NCBI GenBank assembly: GCA_964353675.1
Contig: CAYGXH010000002.1
Span: forward strand, 1-35,021
Source of the DNA: an uncultured Chlorobiaceae bacterium
GTDB taxonomy: Bacteria > Bacteroidota > Ignavibacteria > UBA10030 > SZUA-254
DNA length: 35,021 nt
Direction: 5' to 3'
Shown: positions 1-7,922 of the stretch, piece after piece
Layout of the letters: every line of letters begins with the position of its first letter
Position numbering within the stretch: the first letter of the stretch is position 1
Translations under genes and position numbers: made by a program
Notes under the pieces: model-generated
Told to the model about the DNA's origin: nothing
Seen by the model: the letters and a program-made list of their open reading frames with translations, nothing else
The model's database searches: none

Positions 1-127
1 TGATTCAACGCGGTAGAGTGAATCCGATTTCACTTGATTCGTATCGGACATCTCTGGGCTTTGGTACCCGAAGAGAGAAAATCTCCATAGAGCGAAAATA
101 ATGTAAATGTATCGCATGCGGTAAGCG

Positions 128-541
128 CTAAGCGCCAATTAATGACAGGTAATCCACCTTGATACATCGATGGGATATCACATTTAATCCGGCTTGAGCG
201 GCTCGTTCTGCCGCAGTTTCATTGTAAGCGCCCAATTGCATCCACACCGTTTTTGCCTTTACGCGGATGGCATCCTCCACAGTGGAAGGCACCTCGTCAG
301 CTCGTCGGAAAATATCAACAATATCAATCTCTCCCTGAATGTCGCTGAGAGAGGGATGGCATTGTAGTCCAAGAACCGACTGATAATGGGGATTGACCGG
401 AATGACGGTATACCAATGTTTGAGGAGAAAGTTCATGATTGAGTAACTATCACGGGAAGGATTATCAGAAGCACCTACGACCGCTATCATTTTTGCAGTC
501 CGAAGGATAGATGCGATCTCACGGTCGGTGAGTTTTTTCAT
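128..541 (-). CDS. CoA-binding domain protein (YccU/YneT-like)
   Basis: 137-aa ORF. Rossmann-like N-terminus IAVVGASDNPSRDSY and VIPVNP are typical of small CoA-binding proteins. Its ATG overlaps the rnc stop (ATGA at 538-541). Confidence 0.75.
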   Translation of the reverse strand: MKKLTDREIASILRTAKMIAVVGASDNPSRDSYSIMNFLLKHWYTVIPVNPHYQSVLGLQCHPSLSDIQGEIDIVDIFRRADEVPSTVEDAIRVKAKTVWMQLGAYNETAAERAAQAGLNVISHRCIKVDYLSLIGA

Positions 542-1314
542 CTGTTCTCTTTCTCCGGATTGAAGACTTCCAGCGCTTTTCTGGCCGCACCCTGTTCTGC
601 AGCCTTCTTATTCTTCCCGCTTCCTTTCCCGCAAGAATCACTTCCTATGAAAACTTCCACAGTAAACGTCCTGTCGTGGTCCGGGCCGGTCTCGCTCACA
701 GTTACATAGCGCGGGATTCCGTGACCACATGCCTGAGCACGTTCGAGGAGCTGGCTCTTGAAATTATCATCTTCGACCTTCATTCCCCCGCGCTGGAGAG
801 ATGTAAGCAGGGATCTCTCGACGAATTTCTCCGCTTCACGGTATCCGCCGTCGACGTATAGAGCGCCGACGATTGCCTCAAATGCATCGGAAAGGATGGT
901 CTCCAGTCCGCGGTCGGGGACCTGTGCCGCTCCCGGACTCATGAGGATGAAATTCATGAGTCCCAGTTCATGTGCAATTTTGCTGAGAGCATTTCTGTTA
1001 ACGAACCTTGATCGGAGTACTGTAAGGTCTCCTTCATTGGCATCAGTCATATGGTTGAAGAGGTACTCACCGACAGCCAGGTTGAGGACGGAATCGCCGA
1101 GAAATTCGAGTCGTTCGTTGGATAGCGTGTCATTGTGATTACTCACCTGGAGATAAGAACGGTGGGAAAGCGCTTCGTAAAATATTCTTTCATCCCTGAT
1201 TTTATATTGAAGGACATCTTCAAGGCGGCGGAAATCGATTTCGGCCGGGCGCTCAGCCTCACTGGCGCCGATGATTCTCCTCAGTCGAGAAAATAAACGG
1301 CGCAGTGTTTGCAT
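538..1314 (-). CDS. rnc: Ribonuclease III
   Basis: RNase III signature ERLEFLGDSVLNL, second catalytic block DAFEAIVGALYVD, C-terminal dsRNA-binding motif (GSGKNKKAAEQGAARKAL). Sits directly downstream of fabF. Confidence 0.92.
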   Translation of the reverse strand: MQTLRRLFSRLRRIIGASEAERPAEIDFRRLEDVLQYKIRDERIFYEALSHRSYLQVSNHNDTLSNERLEFLGDSVLNLAVGEYLFNHMTDANEGDLTVLRSRFVNRNALSKIAHELGLMNFILMSPGAAQVPDRGLETILSDAFEAIVGALYVDGGYREAEKFVERSLLTSLQRGGMKVEDDNFKSQLLERAQACGHGIPRYVTVSETGPDHDRTFTVEVFIGSDSCGKGSGKNKKAAEQGAARKALEVFNPEKENR

Positions 1315-1328
1315 AGGTTGGTATGTGG

Positions 1329-2591
1329 TTACTCCGGATATTTGCGAAACAATATTGACGCGTTATGTCCGCCGAAGCCGAATGTGTTGCTAATCGCAAC
1401 GCGGACCGGTTTCTTAATCGCTACGTTTGGAACGTAGTTGAGATCACATTCCGGATCGGGAAATTCATAATTAATCGTCGGAGGGATTGCTCCGTGTACG
1501 ATCGATAATATGGTAATAACTGCCTCGATGGCTCCCGCCGCACCAAGGAGATGCCCCGTCATCGATTTTGTCGAACTGATACTGAGTTTCCTGGCATAAT
1601 CGCCAAAAACAGTCTTAATTGCCGTAGTTTCAGTCTTATCATTGTACTCTGTTGAAGTACCATGCGCATTGAGGTAATCGATTTCGGTGGGTTCAATTCC
1701 TGCGTCTTTGAGCGCAAGCCGCATCGAACGTACCGCTCCTTCCCCTCCCGGAGCCGGAGCTGTTATGTGATGTGCATCGGCTGTAAATCCGATACCACCC
1801 AGCTCAGCATATATACGTGCATCACGCCTAAGTGCATGCTCCAGTTCTTCGAGTACCAGGACGCCTCCGCCTTCGCCCATTATGAAACCGTCGCGTTTGG
1901 CATCAAACGGTCGGCTTGCCTTTTCCGGTTCGTCATTCCGGGTAGAAAGAGCTTTCATAGCGTTAAACCCTCCGACCCCCAATGGCGTGATGGCGGCTTC
2001 CGAACCACCGGCAATCATGATATCGGCATCACCGCGCTGGATATGCATGAATGCATCGCCGATCGCATGAGAGGATGTCGCACATGCCGACGTTGTTGCA
2101 TAGTTGGGACCCTTGAGTTTATATCGCATCGAGATATGACCTGCAGCTATGTCTGCTATCATCATGGGCACAAAAAACGGACTGATCCGCTGAGGGCCAC
2201 CCGTCTCGTAGTAAATCTGCATCTGCTGATGCCATGTGAGCATACCACCGATTCCCGAACCGAAAATGACTCCTGCGCGTTCCCGATCAATTTTCTCCAG
2301 ATCGAGACCGGAGTCTTTCATCGCCATTTCCGCCGAGGCCATGCCATATTGCGAGAAGGGATCCATCCGGTTTGCTTCCTTACGTTCAAGGTAATTTAAT
2401 GGATTAAATCCCTTTAACTCCGCTGCAATTTTTGTATCGTACTTCGCCGCATCGAATCGTGTTATAATGCCGACACCGGATTTCCCTGCAATTGAATTAT
2501 TCCAGTACTCCTCGATTGTCAGCCCTATGGGTGTGACGGCACCCATTCCGGTAACGACGACCCGACGCCGTTTAGTATCCTGTGCGCTCAT
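1329..2591 (-). CDS. fabF: 3-oxoacyl-ACP synthase II (KAS II)
   Basis: 420 aa. Active-site Cys in [14 protein letters not shown], His residues in [11 protein letters not shown] and [12 protein letters not shown]-terminal [16 protein letters not shown]-like AAGGTGGGG lies upstream. Confidence 0.94.
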   Translation of the reverse strand: MSAQDTKRRRVVVTGMGAVTPIGLTIEEYWNNSIAGKSGVGIITRFDAAKYDTKIAAELKGFNPLNYLERKEANRMDPFSQYGMASAEMAMKDSGLDLEKIDRERAGVIFGSGIGGMLTWHQQMQIYYETGGPQRISPFFVPMMIADIAAGHISMRYKLKGPNYATTSACATSSHAIGDAFMHIQRGDADIMIAGGSEAAITPLGVGGFNAMKALSTRNDEPEKASRPFDAKRDGFIMGEGGGVLVLEELEHALRRDARIYAELGGIGFTADAHHITAPAPGGEGAVRSMRLALKDAGIEPTEIDYLNAHGTSTEYNDKTETTAIKTVFGDYARKLSISSTKSMTGHLLGAAGAIEAVITILSIVHGAIPPTINYEFPDPECDLNYVPNVAIKKPVRVAISNTFGFGGHNASILFRKYPE

Positions 2592-2648
2592 AGGTTCCCC
2601 ACCTTACTGGTGCTATCTTTTGTTTGCCAACCTGTACTATAATAAAGG

Positions 2649-2885
2649 TTACTTCCCTTTTGATTTTAGGTAGTTGACGACATCGCCAACCGTCGATATC
2701 TTCTCGGCATCCTCATCCGGAATCTGGATATTAAATGCTTTCTCAAATTCCATTACCAATTCCACCGTATCGAGAGAATCGGCACCAAGATCATTCGTAA
2801 ATGACGCAGTCGGTGTTATCTGTGATGCTTCCACACCCAGCTTGTTCATGATGATCTCTTTCACTTTCGCTTCTATATCCGCCAT
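2649..2885 (-). CDS. acpP: Acyl carrier protein
   Basis: 78 aa with the phosphopantetheine attachment motif [17 protein letters not shown]. Confidence 0.96.
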   Translation of the reverse strand: MADIEAKVKEIIMNKLGVEASQITPTASFTNDLGADSLDTVELVMEFEKAFNIQIPDEDAEKISTVGDVVNYLKSKGK

Positions 2886-2948
2886 ACTATTACTCCTTCC
2901 ATGAAATGATATGATTGTTAATTGTGGAACATTAAAATACTCTCTGGT

Positions 2949-3695
2949 TCACCGCATGAACATTCCGCCATCTATCCCTATTACCTGTCCGGTAATGTAT
3001 CCGGCTTCCTCTGAAGCAAGGAAGAGTATCGCGCTTGCGACATCATCTACTTTACCGAACCTGTTCAGCGGAATAGCCTTAATATAACTCTCTTTTACTG
3101 TATCAGGCAACTTCTCCGTCATGGCCGTTTCTATGAAACCCGGAGCAATCGCATTGCAGGTTATATTGCGCGACGCGAGCTCTTTTGCCACAGATTTCGT
3201 AAGGGCAACAAGCCCCCCTTTTGATGCAGAATAGTTTGTCTGTCCCGCATTTCCCATCAATCCTACAACCGAGGAAACGTTGATGATCCGGCCGTAACGC
3301 TGCCGCATCATGAGAGGACTGAAAGCCTTCACCAGCAAAAACGGTCCCTTAAGATTTACGTCCAGAACGAGATCCCAATCAGCTTCCTGCATCCGCATCA
3401 TAAGATTGTCTCTCGTTACACCGGCATTATTGATGAGAATGTCAACTTTCTGGAATTTCTCCTGCACCTGCTTCACTAGCGCCTCAACCTGCTCTGAATC
3501 CGCGACATTACATTTCACCGGAAGCGCCTTCCGCCCCATCGCTTCAACTTCCTTTGCAACTTCAAGCGCACCCTCAAACTTCGAATCAACGATCACAACA
3601 TCAGCGCCCGCGTGTGCGAATTTGAGCGCTATGGCTTTCCCTATCCCCTGAGCAGCTCCTGTAATCACCGCGATCCTGTTATTTACCGTAATCAT
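2949..3695 (-). CDS. fabG: 3-oxoacyl-ACP reductase (SDR family)
   Basis: TGAAQGIGKAIA cofactor motif, NNAG, catalytic YSASKGG (YxxxK). Located between fabD and acpP. Confidence 0.92.
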   Translation of the reverse strand: MITVNNRIAVITGAAQGIGKAIALKFAHAGADVVIVDSKFEGALEVAKEVEAMGRKALPVKCNVADSEQVEALVKQVQEKFQKVDILINNAGVTRDNLMMRMQEADWDLVLDVNLKGPFLLVKAFSPLMMRQRYGRIINVSSVVGLMGNAGQTNYSASKGGLVALTKSVAKELASRNITCNAIAPGFIETAMTEKLPDTVKESYIKAIPLNRFGKVDDVASAILFLASEEAGYITGQVIGIDGGMFMR

Positions 3696-3707
3696 ATTTC
3701 CTGTTGC

Positions 3708-4622
3708 CTATTCATGTAAAAAAATATCTTCATACTTATCCATACCGCTCACATTGACTGAACCATTAATGCGTTTCACGAGTCCCTGGAGCACTTTCCC
3801 GGGTCCTAATTCAATAAATTTCTCCGCTCCATCGGCTATCATATTTGTTACCAATTTTTCCCACTGGACCGGATTCGTAAGCTGCTGATCCAGCAGTGAA
3901 CGGATGTCTTCTGCTTTCTGTACACTTTTCCCAGTGACATTAGCATAGACAGGAATCCGCGCATCGGCGATGGCAGTATTTGCGAGACCGTTTTTTAATC
4001 CTTCGCGGGCGCTTTGCATCAAGGGCGAATGAAACGCACCGCTCACAACCAGCTCTTTAACAAGTTTGGCGCCCCATGTTTTCGCAATCTCCATAGCCCT
4101 TCGGACACCTGTCACGGAACCGCTGATTACAATCTGCCCTGGAGAGTTAAAATTCGCGCTCTGGACGATGCCTGCATCCGAAGCTTCACGGCAAATTTCA
4201 TCGACAACCGTTCCGTCGAGACCGACAACAGCTGCCATTGTGCCTTTTTCCTTTTCACCGGCACGTTGCATCAGTTCACCCCTCAGCCTCACGAGGCGCA
4301 ATCCGTCCTCAAACGTGAGTGCGCCTGCATATACGAGGGCAGTATACTCGCCGAGCGAATGACCTGCCACCATCCCGGCTTCCCCGCGTTGCATGAGCTT
4401 CGTGAGAATCACGCTGTGGATGAAAATAGCAGGTTGTGTATTTTCTGTCTGCCGTAAAAGTTCTTCGGGTCCGTGAAAACAGATCTGACTCAGTGAAATG
4501 CCGAGAACCGAGTCAGCATGGTCGAAAAGAGAACGTGCCAGATCACTCTTCTCGTACAAATCTTTTCCCATACCGGTATACTGAGATCCCTGCCCGGGAA
4601 ATATGTAGGCAACTTGCGCCAT
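3708..4622 (-). CDS. fabD: Malonyl-CoA:ACP transacylase
   Basis: FPGQGSQ N-terminal motif and GHSLGEYTAL nucleophile elbow. Confidence 0.93.
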   Translation of the reverse strand: MAQVAYIFPGQGSQYTGMGKDLYEKSDLARSLFDHADSVLGISLSQICFHGPEELLRQTENTQPAIFIHSVILTKLMQRGEAGMVAGHSLGEYTALVYAGALTFEDGLRLVRLRGELMQRAGEKEKGTMAAVVGLDGTVVDEICREASDAGIVQSANFNSPGQIVISGSVTGVRRAMEIAKTWGAKLVKELVVSGAFHSPLMQSAREGLKNGLANTAIADARIPVYANVTGKSVQKAEDIRSLLDQQLTNPVQWEKLVTNMIADGAEKFIELGPGKVLQGLVKRINGSVNVSGMDKYEDIFLHE

Positions 4623-4625
4623 CGG

Positions 4626-5633
4626 TCAGATAACCTTCGGTGCATCAATAGACCAGCGGAGGTAAATTCCTCCCCACGTATACCCGGCTCCGAAACTAAC
4701 CAAAATTAATCTGTTTCCCTTTTTTAACTTCCCTGCCTGCCACCACTCGGAGAGACAGAGTGGAATCGTCGCAGCGGTTGTATTTCCGTACCGGTTGATG
4801 TTCATCATAACCTGGGAAGGTTTGAGCCCCATCCTTTCGCGGGTTGCCTCAACGATACGGAGGTTCGCCTGGTGCGGAACTAAGTAATCAACATCTTCTG
4901 CGGTCAGATTGTTCCTCTTCATTATTTCTGTGGATACATCTGCCATCCCTACCACTGCAACCTTGAAAACTGCTTTTCCATCCTGATAAATGTAATGCCA
5001 CTTTTTATCGACGGTTTCGTGCGTTGGCGGATTGAGGCTGCCCCCTCCTTTCATGTGGAGGTACGGCGCTCCCGATCCGTCACAGTACAGTTTTTTATCC
5101 AGCATTCCGAGCGAGGGGTCGTCACTCGGCTCTAGTAAAACCGCAGCGGCAGCATCACCGAAGAGGATACAGTTATTACGGTCGGTGTAATCTGTAATAG
5201 AACTCATTTTATCGGCACCCACAACGACAACCTTCGAATGAGCGCCTGTTTCTATAAACTGTGCTCCCACGACGAGCGCGTAAACAAAACCCGAACAGGC
5301 CGCTGAGATATCAAATCCCCATGCGCGTTTAGCTCCGACATTATGCTGAACCAGGCATGCAGTTGGCGGGAAAAACATATCCGGTGTGACTGTCGCCACG
5401 ATGATGACGTCGATTTCTTCCGGCTGGATGCCGCGGTTCATCAGCATTGCCTGGACAGCTTTTGACGCTAAATCAGATGTTGCACCGTTCTCGAGGATGC
5501 GGCGCTCGCTTATTCCTGTCCGTGAAACTATCCACTCATCGGATGTATCAACAATTTTCTCTAAATCCTTGTTCGTGAGTACTTTTTCAGGAACATAATG
5601 ACCAACCGCCGTTATCGTTGCACGATGTAGCAT
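4626..5633 (-). CDS. fabH: 3-oxoacyl-ACP synthase III (KAS III)
   Basis: Catalytic triad contexts DISAACSGFVYAL (Cys), VPHQANLRI (His), YGNTTAATIP (Asn). Confidence 0.93.
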   Translation of the reverse strand: MLHRATITAVGHYVPEKVLTNKDLEKIVDTSDEWIVSRTGISERRILENGATSDLASKAVQAMLMNRGIQPEEIDVIIVATVTPDMFFPPTACLVQHNVGAKRAWGFDISAACSGFVYALVVGAQFIETGAHSKVVVVGADKMSSITDYTDRNNCILFGDAAAAVLLEPSDDPSLGMLDKKLYCDGSGAPYLHMKGGGSLNPPTHETVDKKWHYIYQDGKAVFKVAVVGMADVSTEIMKRNNLTAEDVDYLVPHQANLRIVEATRERMGLKPSQVMMNINRYGNTTAATIPLCLSEWWQAGKLKKGNRLILVSFGAGYTWGGIYLRWSIDAPKVI

Positions 5634-5650
5634 AGTATTGTCCGTTATAA

Positions 5651-6667
5651 TTAAACTGTAGTTAGTGCTTCTTGAATACGTTCATTGATATTTTTCCGAA
5701 CTGTCTCCTCCGCACGCAGTATCATATTTTTTACTGCTTTTGCGGTTGACTTACCATGGCCAATAATGACAACTCCTTTGACGCCGAGGATAGGTACTCC
5801 GCCGTATTCTTCATAATCCATACCTTTCATGACTCTCCGCAGTGCCTGCCTCATAAAAAGTCCCATGATTTTCAGAGCGATGTTCTTTTTTGCCGCACTT
5901 TTCAACCGGCTTTTGAAAAAGGCGGGGATACTCTCTCCAAATTTCAGAAGTACGTTTCCGATGAATCCGTCACATACGACGATGTCGGCTTTGCCTGCCA
6001 GAATGTCTCTTCCCTCAACATTTCCGATGAAATTCAGTTTACTGTCCTTCAGGAGCGCATACGCACCTCTCGTCAAATCGTTCCCTTTGGATTCCTCTTC
6101 ACCGATGCTCACCAATCCGACGGACGGTTGCGGGATACTGAACATCTCCCGCGTATAGATACTTCCCATGAGTGCAAATTCGCGCAGATTCTGCGGCTTA
6201 CAATCGACGTTCGCACCGGCATCCAGCAGGAGACAAACACCCCGCTCTGACGGAAGAAAAGCACCGATCGTCGGTCTGCTGATATTTCCGATTCGCCCGA
6301 GTATGAGTGTCGCAGATGAGAGAACAGCGCCTGAATGACCCGCGCTGACAAAAGCCTGTACTTTCCCCTCCTTATGCAAGGTCATGCCGATACTGATCGA
6401 CGAGTTGCGTTTCTGCTTGATACCCGCGACTGCCTCGTCATGCATGTCGATCACCTGAGGGGCATCGACGATACTCACTTTTCCCTCAATATCAGGATAC
6501 TGCAGTAATTCATTTCGAATGATGTTTTCCGGACCGACAAGTACGACTGTAAATCGATGTGACGTTTCGCGCACTACTGCGGCTGTTCCGGCAATGACAT
6601 TCTTCGGAGCAAAATCTCCGCCCATTGCGTCAACAGCGATCCGGATATCTTCGCGATTGGAATCCAC
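5651..6667 (-). CDS. plsX: Phosphate acyltransferase PlsX
   Basis: N-terminal IAVDAMGGDFAP motif and length are typical of PlsX. The start codon is GTG (cac at 6665-6667 on the given strand). Confidence 0.9.
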   Translation of the reverse strand: MDSNREDIRIAVDAMGGDFAPKNVIAGTAAVVRETSHRFTVVLVGPENIIRNELLQYPDIEGKVSIVDAPQVIDMHDEAVAGIKQKRNSSISIGMTLHKEGKVQAFVSAGHSGAVLSSATLILGRIGNISRPTIGAFLPSERGVCLLLDAGANVDCKPQNLREFALMGSIYTREMFSIPQPSVGLVSIGEEESKGNDLTRGAYALLKDSKLNFIGNVEGRDILAGKADIVVCDGFIGNVLLKFGESIPAFFKSRLKSAAKKNIALKIMGLFMRQALRRVMKGMDYEEYGGVPILGVKGVVIIGHGKSTAKAVKNMILRAEETVRKNINERIQEALTTV

Positions 6668-6765
6668 GATGTCAGATTAAATTTTCCGGTTTTTGATTCT
6701 TGTCCAGCACTCCGTCCACCATGAATAATTAAAAGGGATGGTTGTAAAGGCCTGGAAAATGCGTC

Positions 6766-6948
6766 TTACGATTCTTTAGGAATAATAATGGAACGTCCGT
6801 TGTAATATCCGCAGTTCGGGCATGCTCTGTGGAGCAATTTTTGCTCGTGACAGTTGGGACATTCTCCAGTGGAAGGTTTACTCGCTTTGTAATGCGTCCG
6901 TCTCTTCGCACCACGAGTTTTGGATTGTCTTCGTTTAGGATTAGGCAT
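6766..6948 (-). CDS. rpmF: 50S ribosomal protein L32
   Basis: 60 aa. [20 protein letters not shown]-terminus and CPNC...CPNC zinc ribbon. Confidence 0.94.
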   Translation of the reverse strand: MPNPKRRQSKTRGAKRRTHYKASKPSTGECPNCHEQKLLHRACPNCGYYNGRSIIIPKES

Positions 6949-6969
6949 TGTCGTTTTTCCTTTTCGTTT

Positions 6970-7500
6970 TCATTTGTTTAAAAGATTTTGCAATCCCTGC
7001 CAGCGTGGATCGGTAACCTGCTCCTGTGTACAGGAACATGACCGGTTATTGAGATCGCAACCGCAACCGGGGCAGAGACCCTTGCACGTATCGTTGCAGA
7101 GCAGCTTTAGGGGAACAGACAAAACGACCATCTGGCGGACGTCATCTGCTAACTCTAAAGAAACCGTATCGGGCGTTATGACCGAGACTTCCTCCGGATC
7201 GTACTGTCCGATCTCATCATCATGATAAACGTAAACCATCGAGTATTCCGCGGTCAACGGCTTATTGAATTCTATTAAACACCGGTCACACTGAAACATA
7301 GCTACAGTGTGGATACTCGTTCTTAAAAATAATTGACGCGATGTCTTGTCAAGGTGAGCATCAATTTCGACCCTGGTCCGGAAGTTCTTCTCAAGAAGCA
7401 GGTCCTGAGGTTCAACCGAGAAATGATACTCATGGACGTCATTCGAAAGTCCCGAAATACGAATTTGAATCCCGCTGACACCCTGCTTTTTACTTTTCAT
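6970..7500 (-). CDS. yceD: YceD/DUF177 family protein (large-subunit rRNA accumulation protein)
   Basis: 176 aa, acidic, C-terminal Cys cluster CKGLCPGCGCDLN. Conserved position immediately upstream of rpmF. SD-like AGGTG lies before the ATG. Confidence 0.85.
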   Translation of the reverse strand: MKSKKQGVSGIQIRISGLSNDVHEYHFSVEPQDLLLEKNFRTRVEIDAHLDKTSRQLFLRTSIHTVAMFQCDRCLIEFNKPLTAEYSMVYVYHDDEIGQYDPEEVSVITPDTVSLELADDVRQMVVLSVPLKLLCNDTCKGLCPGCGCDLNNRSCSCTQEQVTDPRWQGLQNLLNK

Positions 7501-7534
7501 CGAACACCTGTTACTTCAAACTCGTAAAATTACC

Positions 7535-7552
7535 GCTTTTATGGGTAAAAGC
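7535..7552 (-). other. Perfect 7-bp stem / 4-nt loop hairpin at the predicted 5' end of the yceD-rpmF-plsX-fab transcript
   Basis: The minus strand reads GCTTTTA-CCCA-TAAAAGC. It starts about 7 nt downstream of the candidate -10 at 7559-7564. Confidence 0.4.
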
Positions 7553-7558
7553 AGCAAT

Positions 7559-7587
7559 AATATAGAAAATAATCGCTCGATAGTCAA
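7559..7587 (-). promoter_or_regulatory. Candidate sigma70-type promoter of the yceD-rpmF-plsX-fab operon
   Basis: The minus strand reads TTGACT-atcgagcgattattttc-TATATT (17-nt spacer), about 58 nt upstream of the yceD ATG. The same hexamers and spacing occur at 12347-12375. Confidence 0.5.
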
Positions 7588-7608
7588 GGAAATCACGAAA
7601 TCAACCTG

Positions 7609-7884
7609 TTACCGATCGGCTTCCTTCCCCTCTTTTACAAGGAGTTCCCTTTCAACGTGACCGACAGTTTCCGTCAGTGCGTCTATGAATTTCTGAAAAT
7701 CTTCCTTATAGAGGAAGATTTTGTGTTTTTCATACTTTTCTTCCCCCACCCGCCGGCTTTCAGTAATGATAATGTAGTAATCCTGGGTAGAACGTGTGGC
7801 TTTCACATCAAAAAAATATGTGCGCTTCCCTGCACGAACACGCTGAGAGTACATGTTTTCTGATTTTACGCCGACGGATTCCAT
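7609..7884 (-). CDS. PUR-alpha-like nucleic-acid-binding protein (DUF3276 family)
   Basis: 91 aa. The block RAGKRTYFFDVKATRSTQDYYIIITESRR followed by IFLYKEDFQKFIDAL matches my recollection of bacterial single-repeat PUR/DUF3276 proteins. Confidence 0.65.
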   Translation of the reverse strand: MESVGVKSENMYSQRVRAGKRTYFFDVKATRSTQDYYIIITESRRVGEEKYEKHKIFLYKEDFQKFIDALTETVGHVERELLVKEGKEADR

Positions 7885-7922
7885 AGATACATTTCCCGTA
7901 TTGGTCTAGTGAAATGAATAAT

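Noticed and set aside
1-88. 27-codon minus-strand ORF (MEIFSLRVPKPRDV...) at the window edge
   Set aside because: It ends at a TGA within the window, has no recognisable motif or SD, and is too short to support.
1662-2399. 245-aa plus-strand ORF inside fabF
   Set aside because: It is antisense to an unmistakable KAS II gene. The product is Cys/Arg-rich with no recognisable motif, so it is a shadow ORF.
6729-6914. 61-aa minus-strand ORF overlapping rpmF in another frame
   Set aside because: The L32 frame has the canonical N-terminus and zinc ribbon. The alternative frame has no support.
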